DNA from: Halobacteriovoraceae bacterium
Lineage (GTDB): Bacteria; Bdellovibrionota; Bacteriovoracia; Bacteriovoracales; Bacteriovoracaceae
DNA: 64,000 bases
NCBI GenBank assembly: GCA_963719505.1
Contig: CAVRCF010000001.1
Span: forward strand, 1,152,001-1,216,000
Direction: 5' to 3'
Shown in pieces: positions 58,033 through 64,000 of the stretch. Within the stretch, counting starts at the first letter, position 1. Each line of letters begins with the position of its first letter. The translations under genes and the position numbers were made by a program. A model generated the notes under the pieces. It made no database searches, was not told the origin of the DNA, and saw only the letters and a list, made by a program, of their open reading frames with translations.

Positions 58033-59111
58033 TTACTCATAACTTCTAAAATTTTTCGGGCTATAAGACTCGCGCTTTCAACCGTTGTATCTGGCTCAGG
58101 AGCTAATTTACTCTTTAGAGCACTGTGGACAAATGGGGCAACTTCAACAACATCGCCACCTGTGACGTGACACACTTGTGAAATTCTCTCTATAAGTTCT
58201 ATACACCGGTGTGGCTCAAGACCATCGATTTCAGGAGTTCCTGTTGAACTGGCATATTGGGCATCGAGAGCATCAATATCAAAGCTTATATAAACCTCAT
58301 CTATTTTTTCATCTTTTAAATATTTAATCGTTTGATCTTCAACACTAGAGGTTCCAAACTCGGATGCCCAAAATTGCTGAACACCTAGCTTTGATTCCCA
58401 ATATTCTTTTGGTTGTCCACTCGAGCGAATTCCAAACTGAAGAAGGTGGGATGGTTTTTCTAAAAGTTCAATCATATGAAAAGCCCAAGAGGCAAAGCAG
58501 ATGTCAATCCCTAGTCTTTTGGGCATAAGATCGGTGTGGGCATCAAAGTGAATAACAGCAACTTTTTTACCGGCAGCTCTTCGTCCTTTAATCCAAGATT
58601 TTACAACGGGATAGCTTACTGAATGGTCTCCCCCGAGAGAAAAAACTTTTTTATTCTGACTGATAAGAATATCACTAACTTCCTCTGCGATGCTAAGACC
58701 ACTTACCTTGAGATCCTCACCATTGTAGAGTGCTTCTTGGCATGAGCGAATAGTAGCTTCATTGAGGTACTTGTCATGGAGAAGGTGAGGGATAACTCTT
58801 ACGTCTCCAATATCAAAGTAGTGGGGATGACCGATAGATTTTTGAATATGTTCTCTTATAAATAATGGACCCCAGTTCGCCCCTCTTTGAATTCCGCCAC
58901 CTGTGTCAATACACAAGCCCATCATGATAGGGAGCTGAGTCGATTTATAGTCGGCAAGGTTCTCTCTCCATTTGCTTTCGACCTCACTTGGCTCGGTCGT
59001 ACTAAATTGAATTCTATGGAGTGACTCTTTATTTTCTTTAGCCGTATGAACAGTGTAGACGCCATTTCCGGGAGGGCATAAGTAGTGTCCAAGTTTTTCT
59101 ATCTCTTTCAT
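58029..59111 (-). CDS. Arginase/agmatinase family ureohydrolase
   Basis: GGDHS, DAHTD, SFDIDALD, TGTP. Confidence 0.9.
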   Translation of the reverse strand: MKEIEKLGHYLCPPGNGVYTVHTAKENKESLHRIQFSTTEPSEVESKWRENLADYKSTQLPIMMGLCIDTGGGIQRGANWGPLFIREHIQKSIGHPHYFDIGDVRVIPHLLHDKYLNEATIRSCQEALYNGEDLKVSGLSIAEEVSDILISQNKKVFSLGGDHSVSYPVVKSWIKGRRAAGKKVAVIHFDAHTDLMPKRLGIDICFASWAFHMIELLEKPSHLLQFGIRSSGQPKEYWESKLGVQQFWASEFGTSSVEDQTIKYLKDEKIDEVYISFDIDALDAQYASSTGTPEIDGLEPHRCIELIERISQVCHVTGGDVVEVAPFVHSALKSKLAPEPDTTVESASLIARKILEVMSK

Positions 59112-60091
59112 AAAAGCATTCCTTCGTGAACTTTATTTTTTAAATTAAGTTGAGAGTAATCATCTATAAATTTATCAAACCTTTTCGATGCAAAAGCTTT
59201 TAAAGCTTCACTCACAAGATGGTATTCGTATTGGATGATATCATCGCCAAGCTTATTTGAGACTCCAGCGATATGTGATGTTTTATTTATATTTGAGACG
59301 CTATTGAGATCACTTGGAAGAAAAGGTTCTTTTTCAAAAACATCCAAATAAGCAAAAGCTTCATTATTATTGAGCAGAAATTCCTCTAAATCTTTTTGAA
59401 CGATAAGACCGCCTCGAGCAGCATTAATAATGAGGACTTTTTGGGAAAGACTATCTAGGAATTCCTTATCAATCATTCCAGCACTTTTTGGATTAAGGCT
59501 GCTGGCCAAGATAACGACATCAAACCTTGTCGATTCAATCTTTTTTATTTGCCTTTTGATTTTAATAAACTCTTCTTCATTATAAGGGTCGTAAAACTTA
59601 ATATTAGGGCAAAGAGCACAAAGGGTATTCATGAGAATTTTGCCGATCATTCCGGCGCCAATAATTAAAACTTTTTGATCTCTTAAGAGAGGCCTATTCC
59701 ACGAGCGATCTTCCTGCCAATGTCTCTGGTTTGGAACCTGACACAGATGACCAAGAAGACAGGAGAGTATATACTCAGCGACAGCGTGGGCGCGAATTGG
59801 ATTCCCTACTAAGATCGGAAATTTTGAATTTTCACAAAAATCGACTCCAAAGTTATCATAACCAGAGTTTGGGTGAATCATGAGAATGGTTTTATCTATA
59901 ATTTCTTGGGGAATCTCTTCGGGAATAGTGTGAGTGTTTGAAATAAGGATAAAGGGAGAGTCCCTATCAATCTCAGAGACCGAGGTTAAGTAGACAACAT
60001 CAGGAATTCTCTCGAGCGCCTCTTTCTCCTTGGCAAAGAAGTTTGATTGCTGATAAGATGATGCGTTGAGTCTGTATATTTGCACGGTCAT
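59108..60091 (-). CDS. D-isomer 2-hydroxyacid dehydrogenase family
   Basis: GAGMIG, INAARG, LDVFEKEP, SHIAG. Confidence 0.88.
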   Translation of the reverse strand: MTVQIYRLNASSYQQSNFFAKEKEALERIPDVVYLTSVSEIDRDSPFILISNTHTIPEEIPQEIIDKTILMIHPNSGYDNFGVDFCENSKFPILVGNPIRAHAVAEYILSCLLGHLCQVPNQRHWQEDRSWNRPLLRDQKVLIIGAGMIGKILMNTLCALCPNIKFYDPYNEEEFIKIKRQIKKIESTRFDVVILASSLNPKSAGMIDKEFLDSLSQKVLIINAARGGLIVQKDLEEFLLNNNEAFAYLDVFEKEPFLPSDLNSVSNINKTSHIAGVSNKLGDDIIQYEYHLVSEALKAFASKRFDKFIDDYSQLNLKNKVHEGMLL

Positions 60092-60185
60092 GACTCATTT
60101 TAGTTGATTTGACCTAGTCAGACTAGGGAAAATCTGACTGGCGAAAAAGGGATTTCCCGTGTACTATGCGTGCAAAAGAGGTCAT

Positions 60186-60962
60186 ATGATATCAATAAAG
60201 TCGAACAGAGAAATAGAAATTATGAAAGAGTCTTGCCAGCTAGCCGCAAAAACTCTGAATTATATTGAAGATAAGTTAGAAATTGGGATGACAACAGAAG
60301 AAGTTAACGAGCTTTGTCATAATTTTATTATCGAACACGGTGCTTATCCATCACCTCTAAATTATAATGGTTTTCCAAAGTCAGTTTGTACCTCACTCAA
60401 CGAAGTAATTTGTCACGGAATTCCAAGCAAAAAAGACAAGCTAAAAGATGGAGATATTCTTAATATTGATGTCACAACATATTTTAAAAATTTTCATGGA
60501 GACACCAATAGAACGTATTATATTGGTAACGTTAAACCTGAAATCAAAGAACTCGTAAGAACAACTTATGAGTGTATGATGGAGGGAATAAAAATTTGTC
60601 GTCCAGGTGCACATCTTGGTGATGTTGGAGCGGTTATTCAACAGATCGCTGAGTCTAGAGGCTATAGCGTTGTGAGAGAGTATTGCGGTCACGGTATTGG
60701 AAGAGAGTTTCATGAAGAACCTCAGGTTCTTCATTATGGAAAGAAAGGGACAGGAGTTGAGCTTAAAGCTGGAATGACCTTTACCATCGAACCAATGATT
60801 AATCTTGGTTCTAGACATTGCAAACTTTTGAAAGATGACTGGACTGTTATTACTAAAGATAAAAAAGTGTCTGCTCAATTTGAGCATACTATATTGATAA
60901 CCGAATCTGGTTATGAAATTTTAACTCTGGATCCTGATGGAAAAACTGAACCTTCAATCTAG
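60186..60962 (+). CDS. map: Methionine aminopeptidase type I
   Basis: CHGIP, DVT, GDT, GHGIG..FHE, IEPM, AQFEHT. Confidence 0.97.
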   Translation: MISIKSNREIEIMKESCQLAAKTLNYIEDKLEIGMTTEEVNELCHNFIIEHGAYPSPLNYNGFPKSVCTSLNEVICHGIPSKKDKLKDGDILNIDVTTYFKNFHGDTNRTYYIGNVKPEIKELVRTTYECMMEGIKICRPGAHLGDVGAVIQQIAESRGYSVVREYCGHGIGREFHEEPQVLHYGKKGTGVELKAGMTFTIEPMINLGSRHCKLLKDDWTVITKDKKVSAQFEHTILITESGYEILTLDPDGKTEPSI

Positions 60963-61632
60963 TGTTTCTCTAGATATAGATAATAAAGAAAATATTGTAA
61001 AAATTGGTTCCAACAATTTAGCGGAGCCTCTAAAAAGTCGAGTCCAAAATCTATTCGAAAAACACGGCTCTGATACAATTGAGAAATGGCTAAGTATAGA
61101 GTCCGATGGGCAGCTTTTAACTGATTTGGCGTTGTTAAAAATTAGATCGGCTATCTATGACTTTAGATCAAACTACTTCCACTTAAAGCTCTTAAATAAA
61201 GACGTTGTCGATCCTCTTTTATGTCGTTGTTTAGAAATTCGTGTCTCAAAAGTGAAAGAGCTTTATCATGAGCACAAAGGCGACCGTAAAAAGATTTTAG
61301 TCAACTCCCAAGTCAGCGGTATTTGCGGTGAATGTCAGATCGACTTCAATAATCTTTTTAGTTCATTTGAAATTGAAAAAGGTTATATTAACGGAATTGA
61401 TTCAAAGGTTTGGGTTAAAAAAGTTGATCGTCTCATTGGTGAATTTTATTATGTTTGCCCACCAGAGTACTCACAAATGAAATTTACCGTCATTAGTATG
61501 GACGCATTTAATTTAAAAATAAGGTGTGACAAAGGGGAGAGTTCTCTCAACCGAAAAGAGATTACAAGCACTCTCGCAAACTTTTTTAAAAGTGAAATGA
61601 AACTTGAAGTTAAACTAAGCGTCGTTCTTTAA
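60937..61632 (+). CDS. BFD-like [2Fe-2S]-domain protein
   Basis: LCRC...GICGEC. Confidence 0.6.
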   Translation: MEKLNLQSSVSLDIDNKENIVKIGSNNLAEPLKSRVQNLFEKHGSDTIEKWLSIESDGQLLTDLALLKIRSAIYDFRSNYFHLKLLNKDVVDPLLCRCLEIRVSKVKELYHEHKGDRKKILVNSQVSGICGECQIDFNNLFSSFEIEKGYINGIDSKVWVKKVDRLIGEFYYVCPPEYSQMKFTVISMDAFNLKIRCDKGESSLNRKEITSTLANFFKSEMKLEVKLSVVL

Positions 61633-61640
61633 ATCTCTAT

Positions 61641-62210
61641 CTAAAAACAATCTGGGCCAGCAGGAAGATTTTTTAATTTCTTGAAAAAATTCTTTGAGTT
61701 TCTAATCGTGTCGAGCGTCCCTTCAATACCAACTTCAATGAGAAGATGTTGAGCGTTTTCATAAAAAGAAAGTATCTCTGGGACTCTTTTCTTTAAACAA
61801 TTAGGATCTTTGTAATTGCTTTGAAGGCGAGTGAGATAATTAATAAAAACCTTAAAGCTTCTGGCTTTTAATTCTTCTATCGATAGCTTATCCATACTTC
61901 TCAATTGGACATTACTTTTTGCAGCACTCGATACAAAAAGTAATCCGCTTTTTGCTAATATCGTTTCTAAAATCGCTAATGAAGTCATTTTTTCTGCACA
62001 AACTCTTTTCAAAATTTCAGGCTTCATATCGATCGATTCGTTTAACTGTAAAAGGTTGGAGATCATCTCTTGGTTGAGTTTATAGTATGCACCTGTTACT
62101 TTTTCTTTGTGAATCCTTGCCTCTTCTTGGCCTAGACATATCAGGTATGGTCTTGACGCAGCAAGCAGGTTTAGACTTATAAGAAAAAAAATATATGTAA
62201 AATGTCTCAT
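61641..62210 (-). CDS. Exported hypothetical protein
   Basis: Signal peptide, Cys pairs. Confidence 0.65.
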   Translation of the reverse strand: MRHFTYIFFLISLNLLAASRPYLICLGQEEARIHKEKVTGAYYKLNQEMISNLLQLNESIDMKPEILKRVCAEKMTSLAILETILAKSGLLFVSSAAKSNVQLRSMDKLSIEELKARSFKVFINYLTRLQSNYKDPNCLKKRVPEILSFYENAQHLLIEVGIEGTLDTIRNSKNFFKKLKNLPAGPDCF

Positions 62211-62258
62211 TCTTTTATTATAGTCTAAAGATCAAGAAAATAAAATACGGAGTCTTTT

Positions 62259-63041
62259 TTGAAAGATATGAGCTTAACCGACCATTTAGAAGAATTGAGA
62301 ACAAGAGTCATTCGCGTGGCTATTATTTTAATCGTCTCATTTATGGCCTGTTATGGATTTGGTGAGCAACTCCAAGAAATTTTATTATCACCTTTAAGGT
62401 CAGCACTTGGTGTAGAGGGAAAAGTTGTTTTCTTGGGACTGCTTGATAAAGTTTTAACCCAGTTTCAACTCGCTTTTTGGAGCTCCGTCATTGTGTCTTC
62501 TCCCCTTTGGTTTAGAGAGGCATGGTTATTTATTAGGCCTGGACTCTATGATAAAGAGGCAAAGCTTATCAGACCCTTCGTCTTTGTAGGCTTTATACTC
62601 TTCTGCTCTGGTATTGCTTTTGGATACTTTGTTGTTTTTCCAAATACTTTTGGCATCATTATGCAGTTTGGGGTGGGAAATGTAGAGGCAACGATTAGTC
62701 TTAGGGAATATATTGTTCTAGCGCTTAAAGTCCTCGTCTTTTTAGGTGTTCTTTTTCAACTTCCAAATCTCATGCTTATTTTAGGTTTTATGGGACTAGT
62801 CGATAAAAAGTCTCTTTCAGAATACAGAAGATATGTGATCGCGGTGTTTGCTGTTTTGTCAGCAATCCTAACACCTCCAGATGTTATTACTCAATTGGCC
62901 CTTTTGATTCCTTTAACTTTGCTCTACGAGATTGGCCTTTGGTCAGTGGCCCTTATTGTCGAGCCTTTTAAAAAGAAAAGGGACGAGGATTTTGAGGAAG
63001 AATTTGATCATGATGATAAAAATGACCAGCTAAACCCTTAG
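62259..63041 (+). CDS. tatC: Twin-arginine translocase subunit TatC
   Basis: HLEELRTR, FIRPGLY, FQLP, LTPPD. Confidence 0.96.
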   Translation: MKDMSLTDHLEELRTRVIRVAIILIVSFMACYGFGEQLQEILLSPLRSALGVEGKVVFLGLLDKVLTQFQLAFWSSVIVSSPLWFREAWLFIRPGLYDKEAKLIRPFVFVGFILFCSGIAFGYFVVFPNTFGIIMQFGVGNVEATISLREYIVLALKVLVFLGVLFQLPNLMLILGFMGLVDKKSLSEYRRYVIAVFAVLSAILTPPDVITQLALLIPLTLLYEIGLWSVALIVEPFKKKRDEDFEEEFDHDDKNDQLNP

Positions 63042-63116
63042 AATTTAAGGCAAACTCTCTTAAAATGTTCATTTCAGTTTTCTTTTCATCTCACCGATAA
63101 GGAGTTGAGGTGAATT

Positions 63117-63800
63117 ATGATTATTGAACTCATTGATGTCGACTACAAAATACCAAACGGTGATACAGTTTATGAAGGGTTAAACTTCAAGCTAGAGCTG
63201 GGTGAATTTTATGGTGTTCTAGGAAAAAACGGAGCTGGTAAGACAACTCTAATAGATCTTCTTATGGGGTATCGACCTATAACGAGTGGTTCAATAAAAG
63301 TTTTAGGCGAAGACCCTATGGGACTTACGCGAAGAAAAAAGAAAAATATCTTTGTTTTATCACACGATATTCAAATCCAAAGCTCTCACAGTATTGATAA
63401 CTACCTCGAGTTTACTCGATTTTTTTATGAGAACTACGATCGGGTGAAAGAGAAAGAGCTTCTTAAGTACTTTGGCCTGGATCCAAATTCAAAGATGGGA
63501 TCACTATCAACGGGACAAAAAGTAAAAGCTCAAATCGTTGCCGCTATTTCAGCAAGACCAAAACTTTTTCTTATGGATGAAGTCACTGCGGTTTTAGATC
63601 CGGAATCAAGAAAACAGTTTTTTAGTCTCTTGAAAGAGCTTCACGCAGAAAAAAGCTGCAGCCTTATCATGGCAACAAATATTGCAGAAGACTTAAACGG
63701 CGTAGTTAATAAGGTGCTATTCATCGATCATAAGCATGCAGATGTTCATGATGTTAGTGAGATAGAGCATCTCTTTAATCTCGATAGGGAGGCTGCTTAA
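63117..63800 (+). CDS. ABC transporter ATP-binding protein
   Basis: GKNGAGKT, LSTGQ, MDE..LD. Confidence 0.92.
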   Translation: MIIELIDVDYKIPNGDTVYEGLNFKLELGEFYGVLGKNGAGKTTLIDLLMGYRPITSGSIKVLGEDPMGLTRRKKKNIFVLSHDIQIQSSHSIDNYLEFTRFFYENYDRVKEKELLKYFGLDPNSKMGSLSTGQKVKAQIVAAISARPKLFLMDEVTAVLDPESRKQFFSLLKELHAEKSCSLIMATNIAEDLNGVVNKVLFIDHKHADVHDVSEIEHLFNLDREAA

Positions 63801-64000
63801 ATGAAAGTCTTTCTTCATTTATTCCTTTCAAACTTAAAATATAACAAACTCGAGTTGGGAATCTCATACTTTATTACTGCGGTTGTTATTGTTTTTGTTC
63901 ATATTTTTAGAGATACAAAAAGCACTGATGCAGACTTCCTTTTTTCAATTGCATTCTATGCGATGCTCTACGCCTTTTATACAAATAGAAGAAAATTCAA
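63801..64000 (+). CDS. Membrane protein, probable ABC permease (partial)
   Basis: ATG right after the ABC ATPase stop; hydrophobic segments; open to window end. Confidence 0.6.
   Translation, partial: MKVFLHLFLSNLKYNKLELGISYFITAVVIVFVHIFRDTKSTDADFLFSIAFYAMLYAFYTNRRKF

Overview
AT-rich bacterial chromosome segment. The gene content (kdsB-pyrG-kdsA-kdsC, type III glutamine synthetase, many exported or lipoprotein hypotheticals) suggests a Bacteriovoracales/Bdellovibrionota-like host, which is an inference. Housekeeping regions (1-15.8 kb and 38.7-64 kb) flank a ~22.7 kb integrative element inserted at the 3' end of tRNA-Arg(TCT) and bounded by a perfect 28-bp direct repeat (15887-15914 and 38610-38637). 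I recognise no capsid, terminase, relaxase or T4SS genes in it. It encodes an integrase, a second small tyrosine recombinase, a stand-alone family-A-polymerase-like palm protein, a degenerate sigma-factor-like protein, a membrane-anchored FtsK ATPase fused to Mrr-like nuclease and HTH domains, a phage T5 A1-like metallophosphoesterase next to an HNH endonuclease, two orphan AbiEi-like proteins (one split by an in-frame TGA) and many small secreted proteins. Its non-coding DNA carries an iteron-like array with IHF sites, a dif-like Xer site, a TGT(T/C)CA repeat array, two ~100-nt G-free tracts and a shared AAAGGTATATT promoter-like motif upstream of eight genes. Together these suggest a self-replicating, FtsK-transferred (AICE-like) element with its own regulon. 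All family assignments come from reading motifs by eye, not from database searches.
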